A program made the translations under genes and the position numbers. A DNA stretch of 64,000 nt from Octopus sinensis (Eukaryota). Below, one piece after another: positions 51,272 to 64,000 of the stretch (the stretch's first letter is position 1; every line of letters starts with the position of its first letter). Location of the stretch: assembly GCF_006345805.1 (NCBI RefSeq), contig NC_043001.1:55800001-55864000 (forward strand). The letters are read 5' to 3'. The notes beneath the pieces are model-generated. The model saw only the letters and a program-made list of their open reading frames with translations. It was not told the origin of the DNA and did no database searches.

Positions 51272-51427
51272 AGAAACTGATACCATAATAACAGAAGAAT
51301 AAACAAAAAAGCAAAAAAAAGTGCTTATAATTATTAGTTGTTAGGAAAGGCAGATTCTGGATTTGTTTGAGCCACATGGTATTATTTTGTCTAGTGTTCT
51401 TTCCTACATATACTGCAAACATTGTGA

Positions 51428-51743
51428 AAGTGCATGGCTTAGTGGTTAGCGTATTCAGCTCATGATTGCCAGGTCGGGAGTTCAATACCCAGCGACATGT
51501 TGTGTCCTTGAGTCAGACACATTATTTCACGTTACTCCAGTCCACTCAGCTGGCAAAAATGAGTAGTACCTGTATTTTAGATGGCCAGGCTTATCACACT
51601 CTGTGTCATGCTGAATCTCCCTGAGAACTATGTTAAGGGTACATATATCTGTGGAGTGCTCGGCCACTTGCACATTAATTTCACGAGCAGACTGTTCCAC
51701 TGATCAGGTCAACTGGAAACCTTGTTGTAACCAAGAGTGCCAG
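51428..51743 (+). mobile_element. tRNA-derived SINE family C
   Basis: A box TGGCTTAGTGG, B box GAGTTCAATACC; body shared with 37168-37486. Confidence 0.88.
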
Positions 51744-52036
51744 TAGTTAGTGTAAACATTATACCATATCAACTAGATAATCTCTATGTGGTCACCCAAT
51801 CAACTAAAAATAGTAACAAAATCTCCTCAGATCACACTTTACTATCTTTAACAATGAAGAAATACAATAAAATTATATGGCCCTGGATGTCTAATGGACG
51901 GCTGAAATGACTTTGAATAAATATCAGTCAATTAGGACTAATCTGGGTCCAAACAGAAACAACATCAGATAACATTTGATTATTATGTTACATTATCTAT
52001 TACCCACTAAACCATTTTATATGTGTGTGTGTTTAT

Positions 52037-53123
52037 GTTAGTTAGTTAGTTAGTTAATTTGGCTCAAAAGCAAATAGCAAGGCCATGTAGGGGGACATGG
52101 AGTTAAGTACAGGGTGGTGTTCATGTAAAGAGTTCAGGCCACTTGAGGTCCAGGGAGGCTTTGAACAAAGCGGTCGTCGGCATCTTTACCATCTCGTCTG
52201 GCAGCTTGTTCCATGGATCCACAACCCGGACGGAGAAAGCTCCTCTCCTTCGATTGAGATGAAATTGTCGCAGGTAGAGCTTTTCGGAATGACCCCACAG
52301 CCGACGCTCTGGAGCAGGAGTGAAAACAGCTCTTTTGAGAGGTTACACTTCCGCTTATGATGTTGTGGGCGAGAATGAGATCACTACGGCGGCGGCGTTT
52401 TTCAAGAGAATAAAGGTCGAGCGTCCTCAGCCTTCTTCGTAGGACAAATTTTTGAGACCATGAACCATGCGGGTAGCCAGCTTCTGGACTCTTTCGAGAT
52501 GCTGTATGTCTTTGAGGAGATAAGGAGAAGAGGCTTGAATCCCATACTCCAATATGGGTCTCACCAGCGTGACATAGAGTGGTAGGAATATGGTTGCTGT
52601 GAGCATCCGAATGACCGTCGAATCAAGAACAGAATCCGCGTGCTTTGTTGGCAGCATGGACGCACTGGGCCGAAGGCGAAAAGGAGAATCCACCAAGATA
52701 CCTAGGTCCTTTACCTGATCGGTCCTCTCCAGCAGCAGACGACCTGGCTCGAAATCAAGTTGAGTTGCAGGAGTAGAGCCGACAGGCAGATGACAGCACT
52801 TTGACACGTTCAGACACAGGTCCCAATCGTTAGACCACTTCCAAATTTGGTGGAGGCATCGACGAAGATCCTCTATATTACCGCGAGGAGCGACCAGTTT
52901 GATATCGTCGGCAAATAGAAGGGTGTGTTGCGTGAGGTCGTCGGGCAAGTCATTTATGAAGACTAAGAACAACAAGGGCCCAAGCACTGAACCTTGAGGC
53001 ACGCCACTGCTTGCACTGGAGACGTCGGACCGCAAACCATTAACTTGGACTTGGAAGGAGCGATCTGAGAGGAAGGCACCAACCCATCGTACAATATCCG
53101 GATGGAAACTATATGCCTGAAGC
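52037..53123 (-). mobile_element. 5'-truncated CR1-group LINE (RT C-terminal half, short 3'UTR, (TAAC)n tail)
   Basis: SGVPQGSVLGPLLFLVFINDLP, FADDIKL, KDLGILVD, LYVTLVRPILEY, LERVQKLATRMV and FSVRVVDPWNKLP; stop at 52121-52123; a few frameshifts. Confidence 0.95.
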
Positions 53124-53839
53124 ATATATATATATATATGTGTGTATGCTAGAGCACTCTTTATATATAAAGAGCGCACCAGCATATCCTTGTATGTAAT
53201 GGATATAACAAACTTTGTACATATGTATACACATGCACACACACACATACATACACACACACACACACAATGCCCTATCATACAGTATCACTTTTCATAT
53301 TTCATAGTGTATACCATTCAGTGCTGTAAAGCAAGATAACATATAGGAATATACTTTCTTGTGAAAAGAGAGTCGCAATATCATCATACCTTTAAGTGTG
53401 ATATTTTTCTTTGCGTGTGTGTGTGTGTGTGTGTGTGTGTCTGTATGTGTAGCTATACTAATTATTCATTCTCTTGTAAACACTTGACACATGGCCATAA
53501 ACACAATTGCTCTAACAGATAATTCCATACACAAGTAGATATAAACACACACACACACAAAACACAAACGTCCTCTCTCTTTCTCTCTCATAAACACACA
53601 CATAGTAATTCACTCAAAAACACTTTCTATTACATGTGCACGTGTGCATGCACACACACACTCACACACATACACACACATTCTTGGGGAAACATGATGG
53701 ATGAAAGAAATTGAAAAACTGACATGAAAGCCTAGATTTGTTGAACTTATCATGGTAGGCAGCTGGGGATTAACAGCTGACTGTTGTTTGAGTTGAAACC
53801 ATATCCAACTGATACACAACTTGAGTACTTCTACAAATC

Positions 53840-54240
53840 AGGCCAAAAAGAAAGCCTCTATGTTGTTACTCGACTGGTTAGTAATAACAACCAAATCATC
53901 TCCAAAACATATTGTACTATCACTGAAGAAGGATACCTTGGATATTGTGATCTAGTGTTACAAACTTCCTGGCAACTGGCAAAAAGATGGGGTCTTGTTT
54001 AAGATATCTTTGATTAAAGGTCTATTTGATAAAGGCTAACTGGGGTTAAACATCAACAACAATAATACAATATATTCAATATATATTCACTTGACTGGCT
54101 AGAAATAAAAGCCAAACCACCTTCAAAAGACATTGTACTATTACTGAAAAATGATACCTTGGATATTGTGATTCTAGGTCCCTGGCACATGGCAAAAAGA
54201 TGGGAGGGTCATGGTTGAAATCTCTTTGATCAAAAGTTTA
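53840..54240 (+). repeat. Two tandem copies of family F repeat
   Basis: cat(a)ttgtactat.actgaa...gataccttggatattgtgat...cctggca...ggcaaaaagatggg duplicated at ~53908 and ~54130; the first copy ends ggggttaaacatcaacaacaat. Confidence 0.8.
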
Positions 54241-54445
54241 CTTCTTTTCCATTTACCATCAAGTCAACCCTGATTCAACGGACCTATGATCTATAATGCT
54301 CAAGTCATAACCATTCCAATTTTTTAAAGCAGTGTGTCTTCAAGACCATATTATGCAATTGGTTTTTTCTCTTTTTACACATTAGAATGGCATTTAAATA
54401 TTTTGTTGCTGTTTGTAACAAATTCACTGAGTGTGCAGAGGCACT

Positions 54446-54481
<36 letters not shown>

Positions 54482-54499
54482 GAATTGCAATATTGGTTT

Positions 54500-54910
54500 A
54501 AAATTTTGGCACAAGGCCAGAAGGTTTGGGAAAGGGGAAAAATTGATTATATCAACCCCAGTGCTCAATTGGTACTTATTTTATCAACCCTGAAGGATAA
54601 AAGGTAAAGTCGACCTCAGTGGAATTTGAACTCAGAACATCAAGATGGACTAAATGCCACTAAGTATTTTGCCTGGTGTGCTAATAATTTTGCCAGCTTG
54701 CCACCTTCGATCCCATTTAGATATTCATTTCAAATTTTGGCATAAAACCAGAAATTCTAGGTGGAGGAGAGAAGTCAATTACATTGACCCCAGTGCTCAA
54801 CAGAGACTTGTTTTATCAACCTTGAAAGGATGAAATGATAAAGTCAACCTCAGTGGAACATGAAATCAGAATGTGAAGATGGATGAAATGGTGCTAAGCA
54901 TTCTGCCTGG
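54500..54910 (-). mobile_element. Two tandem SINE family B copies
   Basis: accccagtgctcaa...ttttatcaacc.tgaa...aaagtc.acctcagtggaa...tgaa.tcagaa repeated. Confidence 0.85.
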
Positions 54911-54950
54911 TGGGGAGACAAACACGTACACATAAATTTAATATGTGGAG

Positions 54951-55280
54951 AGCCCCTTCAGTCATGACTAACCATGGGATTGCACCCAGGAAGTTACCCT
55001 CCTGACACAAGTCTGGGCAAGGTTGTTTATGGAAGACCAGCAGTCGCCCATGCATACTGGCCTCCCCTTTCCACACCACCAGTGTTATCCAAGGGAAAGG
55101 CAAAGGCCAATACAGCTTGGGACCTGTGATGTCGCAACTCATTTCTGCAGCTGAGTGAACAGGAGCAATATGAAATAAAGTGCCTTGCCCAAGAACACAA
55201 CATGCGGCCCAGTCCGGGATTTGAACTCACAACCTCACGATTGTAAGCTCGACACTCTAACCACTGAACTATGCACCTTC
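54951..55280 (-). mobile_element. tRNA-derived SINE family D (head similar to family C, different 3' part)
   Basis: Minus-strand head tcagtggttagagtgtcgagc...GAGTTCAAATCCcgg...gtgttcttgggcaaggcactttatttc. Confidence 0.85.
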
Positions 55281-55298
55281 ACAAAAAATTTAATATAC

Positions 55299-55341
<43 letters not shown>

Positions 55342-55366
55342 ATATATATATACATATACTTACACG

Positions 55367-55527
55367 GTCGGGTCTTTTCATTTTCCTTCTACCAAATCCA
55401 CTCACAAGGTTTTGGTTGGCGTGGGGCTATAGTAGAAGACACTTACCCAAGGTGCTATGCAGTGAGGACTAAACCTCGAATCGTGTAGTTAGGAAGCAAA
55501 ACTTTTACTATACAGCCATGTCTGCAC
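55367..55527 (-). mobile_element. SINE family A head half
   Basis: ctaccaaatccactcacaagg...atagtagaagacactt.cccaaggtg. Confidence 0.82.
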
Positions 55528-55823
55528 TTTCATGCATTTAAAAGATGGGACAGTCATATTTGGAATGCCTTTGGCCAAGGTTGACCTGAGACCAAACAGC
55601 AGCAACCTTCCATACTTCTAAGGACATATTGTAATGAGAAGAACTACAGACTGGTCTTTTGTTCAGTCACAGTATATTTGGGATCACATTATCCAAAGCT
55701 GGTAAAGTGATTTGAGGGAATTTGGGATGCTATTTCAAGCGGCCCATGCAACTATGCAGAGGTTTTAATCTCTACTTTGTCTGTTGTATTTGTTGTGTTA
55801 TTGCTGTTGAGCTTCAGAGCAGC

Positions 55824-56065
55824 CTTTATGGAGACCTGCTGAAAGTTAATAAGAAGATCAGGCGAAAACAGCTGCAACTATCTAATCACTACATGCACCA
55901 CCCTGAACTGGAAGCATCCAAATTAGTTTTGTGGAACCTGCTTTATGGTGATGTAAGAAGAGAAAAATGTCATCAAACTTACATCGGTAGCTTGATCACA
56001 GACACTGACCTGGAATGTATTCAGGATCTGGTGGCAGTGATGTTGAACCAAGAAATGTGACAGGT
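55824..56065 (+). mobile_element. RTE/RTE-X LINE ORF C-terminal fragment
   Basis: LYGDLLKVNKKIRRKQLQLSNHYMHHPELEASKLVLW...TYIGSLITDTDL...MLNQEM, similar to LYG.LP....IR.RRL.LAGHC.RH......LVLW.P..G....GRP..TYID.L..DTGL. Confidence 0.75.
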
Positions 56066-56174
56066 GGACTTTGTTGCTGCAGCTGGGTTGGAACCCAGCC
56101 ATACGAAGAAACCCTGGTGGCAATTCTAGCCATTAGCATATTGCCTTTTAAAATATAGTTCATCTCAAATTGTA

Positions 56175-57430
56175 TCAGGTCATTAAGAATGAAATGTCCG
56201 ATTTAACTTATGTACCAAGTTTGACAGTTGTTAACTTTAATGTTTTATCATAATTCTTTGTCTGACAACATTGGAGAATCACATCATTACTTTTCAAAAT
56301 GCAGTTCATGGTGTCTGATTATATTGTAAGTTTTCTCTTGTAAATCATTTTTTGCAAACCCATGGATAGATAAAAAATTTGTGTTGTTTATGAATATGAG
56401 TTCCATTGTGGAACCAATGCATCCCAGACAGCTTGAAACATTAATGAGGTGTGGTGAATAAGCACACTGTACGTCGATGGTTTGAGAAGTTCTGGTCTGT
56501 TGACTTTACTCTTGAAAATCCTCCCCATGGTAGACCTGAGACCAAGGTGGATAATGATGAGCTGGAAACTAGTGGAAGTGGATACATCTCAAACTACGCA
56601 TGAGTTAGCAGCAAGTTTGATGTTTTGATTCCAACTGTATTGGACCATCTGAAATAAATTGGCAAAGTAAAGAAGCTGGACAAGTGGATACCCCATGAAC
56701 TGAACAAGCATCAAATGACATGTCGTCTTGAAACTTGCTGTTCTTTGCTGTTATGGTATAAAAGCAAACCATTTTTGCAGGGTATTGGTATGTGTGATGA
56801 AAAATGGATTCTTTTCAACAACAGCAGGCATTCTGCATGGTGGTTGGATAGAAACGAAGTGCCAAAGCATAATCCAAAAAGGAATCTTCACCCAAAAGGC
56901 TAATGGTGTCTGTTTAGTGGTCATGCGCTGGTGTCATCAACTACAGCTTCATGAAACCTGGCAAGCGGATGTATACATCAACCAATTGGATGAAATGATG
57001 AGTAAACTTGCAATTAAACAACCAAGATTGGTCATCAGAGACAGGCCAATTCTCTTGCAAGACAATACTCAACCACATGTTGCACAAAGAATGCTACTGA
57101 AGTTACAGGAACTAAACTTGGAAGTACTGTCATCCACCATATTCACCAGACCTTACACCAACTGACTGTCATGTTTTTCAGGTTTTAGACAACTTTTTGC
57201 AAGGAATAAAATTTCAAATCTGAAGAAGATGCAAAAACATCACTTCGTGATTTCATCCCCTCTTGCTCTACATAATTCTTTGCTGCTGGCATAAATAAGC
57301 TACCAATAAAATGGCAAAATTGTATTGGTAATTTAGGTGTATACTTTGATTAACTGCATCACTTTTTTGTTGAGATAAAGTAAAATAAACTTTCAGTTCA
57401 AAATCGGACATTTCATTCTTAATGATCTTA
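56175..57430 (+). mobile_element. Full-length mariner (cecropia/Hsmar1-like), 1256 bp, both TIRs, TA TSD
   Basis: TA-TCAGGTCATTAAGAATGAAATGTCCGATT ... AATCGGACATTTCATTCTTAATGATCTTA-TA (29-bp TIR, 2 mismatches). Confidence 0.95.
56362..57353 (+). pseudogene. Mariner transposase pseudogene
   Basis: TVRRWFEKF, GRP, IGKVKKLDKWIPHEL, CDEKWI, PILLQDNTQPHV, HPPYSPDLTPTD and terminal YFD*, with stops and frameshifts. Confidence 0.95.
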
Positions 57431-57631
<201 letters not shown>

Positions 57632-60257
57632 CGGAGAGTCCTTCTCTCTAATTTAAAGATGGTATATTGAGATATGAGAGATTTAGCAGCTGGTTCTTGC
57701 TCGACTTATTTAAATTTGATTATTTGAAGATGGTAAATGTTGCATTTGAAATAAATGTAAAATTATATATGAGCACCAAAGTGTAGGTAAACTGATGTGT
57801 TTATCAGAGAGAGGGGGGAGAGAGAGGCGGGGAGAGCAGTTTGGCATGAAGGGCATCAGCTGAAGCGTGCCCCTGAACTGCATTGGTATGGACATGTGAT
57901 ATGAATGATAGAAAGATTGCTATCAGTGGCATGAACCTGTTTGTAGCAGAGGTAAACCAAAGAAGTCAGACGTAAGGATATTGTGATCTGACAAACATGT
58001 GGAAAAAAAAATCTAAACATTGAAAGAGTGGAGAAATGATAAATGGTGGTGGTTGTCATCATTGTAGTGGGAATGATGATAAGACTGGGATGCTGAGGAT
58101 GATAGTGTTGGTAGTGGTAGTCGTGATAATGATGATAATGCTATTAGTCGCAATATACAGATGCACACACACACACACACACTGGTTATCTAACTTGGAC
58201 TACTTTTTTCATATCCCAGTAGTAAAACCTGTGTATTTTGTCTTATCAACTTGAAGACCTCCAGTTATTTTCATGAAGAGAAATAAAGTCAGAGAAGGAA
58301 TAAATAAATATTTCTGCCAGCAATCGGGTCACAAGGACATTCAATGGGGCAAGAGAGCACTGTTGTGTAGTTACTAGGCATGCTAGAAATAGCAACTAGG
58401 TTTGCATCAAATGTACAACCCACCCTTGTTGAACAGGTAATTGATACTATAGGCAAATAAACAAAGTGCTGAGTCCATAACCAACCTCAGTCTCTCCTAC
58501 ATTGTCTTCTGAAAGTGTTCACAGTAGCTGCAAAATATCATTATTATTATTGGATTTCATAAGAACAAAATCTATTTTTAATACAGCAGAACAACTGTGA
58601 AATGTTAATGATGTTTTACTGAAATTTTTTTTGTAACAGCCTCTTTTCAAAACAGGGGCAAAGACAGATGTATGGACAGAGCAGGGCAATTAGTCAAGAG
58701 AAGGTAAAATTTGGGAAGTAAGGAAATTGGTGATGGTCTGCATTGACAATAATTACAATCAGTCAACAGAAAAGTTTGATAAGTTCACAAAGTGTATGGA
58801 CTATATTTTGAGGCCTTGCTCTTCATCTGACACTGAGAAAATGGAAACATCTGGTCTAATGTCTTTTTATTGTTGGTGGCAAGTGCCACCATACCAAGCA
58901 ACAAGATTTTTTTACTTTACTTCACATGGAAAAATCTTACCAAAATCAGTCATGAAGGCTGTTGCTTGAATCCACTCTTGTGTTCTTAATCAGGACACTT
59001 ACTTAATAATTCATCCAGTTCACCTTCTCTACAAAAAGCTACGGCAGAGTTTAAGACCAGTCAGTCATAAGATTTTGATGTTGTAAAGTGAACTGGCAGA
59101 ATCGTTAAAATGCTTAATGGCATTTTTGTCCCCCTTTACGATCTGAGTTCAAATTCCACTGAGTCATTTACTCAGACTTGTTCGATATACTATATTTAGA
59201 ACTACATTATCCAATGTTTTCCCATTTAAAAAAAACAAAAAAACTACTAGGGTGAAATTTGAGGTAGATTTAGCTGCTTTTTCTTGCAAAGATGACCATT
59301 TGCATAAAAAAAAATGCAGAAGCACCCTCATATTCATGAGTTGAGGACTATGCTACAGAAGCTAATATTTCTTTAACTATTTTGGAATGTACGAGAGACA
59401 ACTCAGAGAATAGCTTGGTTTTATCATATCCCCCCCCCCCAGCAAAGTATAATCTTCACTATAATTGCTGAATACTAATGAGAGAATCACCAAGTAGATA
59501 AAAGCTTGCAAAACAAATCATATTTTAACACTTTCAGCTGCTGGTGCTTTACCACAAACAGAATTCAGCACCACTTTTAAGAATTCTCCTCACCATCACT
59601 CCCAAATGATGAAGTTGATCAGATGAGGTTACCATTTCTACGGAAATATAGCAGTACAAGATATCTTACATGTACATATAGGATGCAGTATGAAACATGA
59701 AACACTTTGTAGTCTACAATTTCAACAAGACAAATTCTAGTGAAATACAAACCTTCATACAGAAAACAGAAATAGAAAATAAATGGTTATTTTATGTTAT
59801 TTTACAGTGAAATGCAACTATGTTCTACTGCATTGCAAGTATTTTGTTTTGAGCAAAAACTATGTGGTTTGTAGTAACTTTAAACTTTAGGACACGAACC
59901 CCCAGAAATCCACACTAATTATCTTATGTTGTCATCTAAAATTACTTAATTACTTGAAACTAATAGGTATATTCTTTGTTTTGTTATTGCTTTACAACTC
60001 CCTTCATATCAACTACCCTAGAAATAAGCCAACAAGAGAACATGGGCGGCTGCAGCACTCAGGTCACATACAGAGCTTTTATGCTTTTTTGTATGGATCG
60101 TGTAGTATCATAAGTATATAAACATAGCATTTTACAAAACTTGTGCAACCTAGTCATTAGGTCCAACTCTTAATCAGATCAATTTTGTTTCTTTCTCTTT
60201 CCCTTCTCATTTATCAGCGACTTCTTTCAGACTTTTTGTAATTTACTTTGTGTAATT

Positions 60258-60480
60258 ATCATCATCATCAACATCATCAGCTTTTAACATTTATTTTCCA
60301 TGCTGGCAAGCCAGAGAGCTGCACCAGGTTCCAGTCTGATTTGGCTTGGTTTCTTCAGCTGGATGCCTATCCTAACACCAACCACTTTACAGTGTGCGCT
60401 GAGTGCTTTTAATGTGGCACTGGCATGAACACTTTTAAGTGGCACCAACATGGGTGCTTTTTACATGGCACTGGCATAGA
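60258..60480 (-). mobile_element. RTE 3'UTR fragment with (GAT)n tail
   Basis: catcatc...ttttccatgctggc...gagagctgcaccaggttccagtctgatttggc, as at 36752-36945. Confidence 0.82.
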
Positions 60481-61244
60481 ACTCTTTCAGGCCAATCCTC
60501 TTTGGCAGGGAGAGTGACCTTAAGACTTCTGCTGTGGAGGACAGCAAGGCACCAGTACAGTAAGGCACCAGATATCTCAGTCCTTTGTTATATCCTCCAA
60601 AAGGTCCAATGTCCTGAGGTTGTCTTGTAATACATGATGTAATCTGTACTACATGTTATGTTTCTTAAATTACTGTCTGAGTCATTTGGCCCATTAAATA
60701 ATGAGCAATATTTCATAAAGTTCACTACTAGAAAAGAAGTGCTAGCTTTTTGTTGTTGCTTGTCCTGGTAGAAACAGCAACCAGGTTTTAAACAAATCCC
60801 ACTCTAGCAAAAAAAGACCACATTAGAAGTATTTGAAACAAAGAAATACGATAGGCATAGGCTAAAAAATCTTTTTATCAAAATTCTGTATAATCCAGTA
60901 GACCTGTGATGAAAGGCATTCCAAATGTGATGATCCTACCTCTCTGTATATCTAAGGACTGTTATTATTCAAAATGTCCTTTCCTTTTATCAAGATGGTA
61001 GAATGTAATTTAAAGGGATTTGGTTGCTAACTCTAGTGGGTTGTTACATGCCTTCTCAAGAACCCATAGGCTATTGGTTGTTGCTGAATCTCAGATCAGC
61101 CTTAATCCAAGAAACCAATCAATGATCAGAGGAACTTCAGCCATGACCATATTTATTTTTGTTCTTGGCCAACAGTACTTCATGTGTTTCCTTTTTTATT
61201 AAGAGCAGCACAGGCATGAATGTGTGGTTGTTTCTTATTTTGAT

Positions 61245-61570
61245 GAAGGCCAGCAATTTTAAAGGGAGGGGCAAAGTTGATTACACTGACTTCATCAATT
61301 GACTGGTATTTATTTTTATTTATTTCATTAAAGGACGAAAGGCAAAGTTGACCTCAATGGAATTTGAACTCAGAACATTCAGAAATGGAAGAAATGCTAC
61401 TAAGTATTGCATCTGAATTGCCTACACAGGCACAAGGCCAGAAACTGTGGGGACAGGCAGCAGCTGATTACATCACCCTCAGTTTTTTACTGGTACTTTA
61501 TTTTATTGGGCCCAAAAGGTTGGAAGTGGAGAAAGTCAGCCTTGGCAAGATATGAACTCACAGTGAAAAG
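61245..61570 (-). mobile_element. Two decayed SINE family B copies
   Basis: actggta.ttta.ttt...gaaaggcaaagttgacctc..tggaatttgaactcagaac and a second, weaker copy. Confidence 0.65.
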
Positions 61571-61724
61571 AAACACAATTAAAAACTTTCTCCACAAGGT
61601 AGTTTTTCTGTCGCTCTACCAGTCTTCCCAATGACAAGACAAATAAATGTAATAATTTATTCCTCAAAATTTAATTATTGCAGTTGTTTATTAATTTAAT
61701 AACAACATAAATCATTATCATTTG

Positions 61725-61751
61725 ATTGTTATTGTTGTTGTTATTATTGTT

Positions 61752-61797
<46 letters not shown>

Positions 61798-61832
61798 TAT
61801 TATTATTATTATTATTATCATTATTATTATTG
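61725..61832. repeat. (ATT)n microsatellite
   Basis: Direct reading. Confidence 0.93.
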
Positions 61833-63865
61833 TCTGATCTGATAACAAGGCAACCAGCCTCAAATGTTGTCTGGTGTAGGTGAAGGAGAAACAACTCCTC
61901 CAACAATAACTCCCACCACTGCCATCACCACCACCACACCTGCCTTCATCTGAGTTTTTTTCTTAGTCCAGAGCAAGCAAAACCTGTTAAATGACCCTGT
62001 CACTAAACTAAACAACCATCATGTCGTCACCACCACCACCAACACCACCAAGGCCACCAGCACCAACAAGCACCCACCACACAAATCATGTTCTTTGAAA
62101 TATATAAACAAATATAAATGCAATAAAATATCTCGTAATAATATATTGATGGTTGTAGTTGTCTTCTTGCAGTGAATTGTGATGGTGGGGATACGAGGAG
62201 GGTGACCGTGGTGGCAGTGGCCTGTTTATAATCCAGGCAAATGTGGGTGTCGTGAAAGGGCATGGGTTGTGTGAGGGAAAGGAGGAGATATGATGGGATT
62301 CAGAGTCGGGGGGGGGGGGCAGGAGGAGGGATTGGAGCAAATGGGGGTAAGAGGAGTGATGGGCACAGAATAAGTCACCACAAAACAAACAAACAAGCAA
62401 ACAAACGGAATCGACAATCTAAATGAAATTATGGCTGGTAGCGGTGGGTGTGAGGGGGAATGGTATAGAGGTTCCTGCTTCCTAATCCAATTAGGGTGTT
62501 GTTATTATGCCAATCTATCTCTTGTCTAGTTTGTTGTCTCATCTAATGGACACCAGGATTGGATAAAATAATCCATAGATTAAGAACACACACACACACA
62601 CATACACACACACACACATGCATACACACAAACAGCAAAGCAGTATAGCAAAAACGATACATAACAAAAAAGAGAAAATAGTAGAAAGCATTTATTTCTG
62701 TTATCTGATTATTTTTTACCATTTCAGTGATTTTAAAAACAAAAATTCAATGAAAGTTTCTCCAAATGTTTATTATTATTATTATTATTATTATTTGTTA
62801 GTTTTTGTCCCCTCACTTTCTCTCAGCTTCTTACCCCTCTCTCATTATATCCTCCCTCCATAACCAAAAAAAAAAAAACAACCCAAATAGTTGAGAATGG
62901 AGAGAGAAAGAGGAATCAACAGTACTCCGAAATATATTGTTCAGATATTTAGAGTTGTTCAATAAATAATCAATCAAAACAGAATTTGGAGAGAGAGAGG
63001 ACTGAAGAGAGAGGAAACTTGCATACAAAAAAAATATGACAAAAATAAAATAAATATGAGAAAGTTTATGAAAGTAGAATAGAGGAAGGTGATTGTGACA
63101 TTTTAATTTGAATTTATGGACAGACTTGGGAACATTTCTAGTTGATTGACCACCATAGTCAGAGATCTGATAGTCTTGGAGCCAATGAAAGAGAAGGGGC
63201 CTTATGTGGCTGGTTGATCAATTAACCTGATAGAACTGGCAGCTGAATTTCCTTCAAATCATACCCTACCATCTCAAAAAAAAAAAAAAATGGAAGGGCA
63301 TTTTTGATAGGGGCAACCTCCATTGGTTTCGATGATGAACATCTAATTGTTCAACTTACTGAATTCTCATTCATGAAATTAATGTGGAAGTGACTGAGTG
63401 CTCCACAGAAATGTTACCCTTAATGTTTGTTAATTCTCAGGCTGAATCATCACGACACAAGGCTAAATCTTTGAATCACAGGGAAAATTCTGAGAGAAGT
63501 GGTGGTGGGAATTAACTTTGGTATTGGACTGGTACTTTATTTATCAACCCCCAAAAAATGACCAAATGTAAAGTTGATACCATTGACATTTGAACCCAGA
63601 GTGCAGAGATCCAAAATGAACTTTATCCGATGGTCTAATTATTCTGTCAATTCACATTTTATAATGCAGAGGAGAGAACATTGTCAGAATTAAAGACAAG
63701 ATGGTCACAGATGGAATGTCTTTGACCTTGGTTTGGTGGATCAGCTTACATAGGACTAAGCAATGAGACAAACATCTCTAATTAAAAACAAAATAGTGTA
63801 TGCTTTACGTGGTCTGCTGATCTGCTAGGAACAGTAGCCAAATATCTATCAAATCACAACCTACT

Positions 63866-63925
63866 TTCTTTTATCTTTTACTTGTTTCAGTCATTAGACT
63901 GTGGCCATGCTGGGGCACTTCCTTG
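63866..63925 (-). mobile_element. SINE family A 3' tail
   Basis: cttttatcttttacttgtttcagtcattagactgtggccatgctggggcac. Confidence 0.85.
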
Positions 63926-63950
63926 AGTAGGGGAGGAAACATTGACAGAA

Positions 63951-63984
<34 letters not shown>

Positions 63985-64000
63985 ATGTGCGCACACATAT

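Noticed and set aside
53124-53281. N-terminal part of the 284-aa RT ORF
   Set aside because: Read-through into flanking TG/TA repeats; the LINE is truncated at ~53123.
63002-63025. CTGAAGA...GAAAC hammerhead-like match (similar partial matches at ~1643, ~6311, ~43605)
   Set aside because: No stem II or stem I pairing; expected by chance in purine-rich sequence or too incomplete to call.

Overview
AT-rich, repeat-dense animal genomic DNA, almost all intronic or intergenic. The SINE families and microsatellite load resemble an octopus/coleoid cephalopod (recognised from memory, not verified by search). No intact protein-coding gene is supported, and most ORFs in the track are microsatellite translations. 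The window contains: three decayed Tc1/mariner transposases (one with DD36E spacing, one mariner with both TIRs); a young 5'-truncated CR1-type LINE; several RTE and one CRE-like LINE 3' fragments; at least four tRNA-derived SINE families; a very abundant ~200-bp (AAC)n-tailed repeat that forms tandem arrays; hAT-, piggyBac- and Merlin-like MITEs; three short TIR elements with exact or partial 6-bp target duplications (two carry internal telomeric CCCTAA); a ~3-kb A/T-only satellite holding a near-perfect palindrome; and five hammerhead-ribozyme-like motifs, probably from Penelope-like elements. A CpG-retaining block (~7.5-36.2 kb) sits between CpG-depleted flanks, and a duplicated candidate micro-exon with competing base-pairing lies near 7.9-8.2 kb. 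Coordinates were read by eye and repeat ends are approximate.
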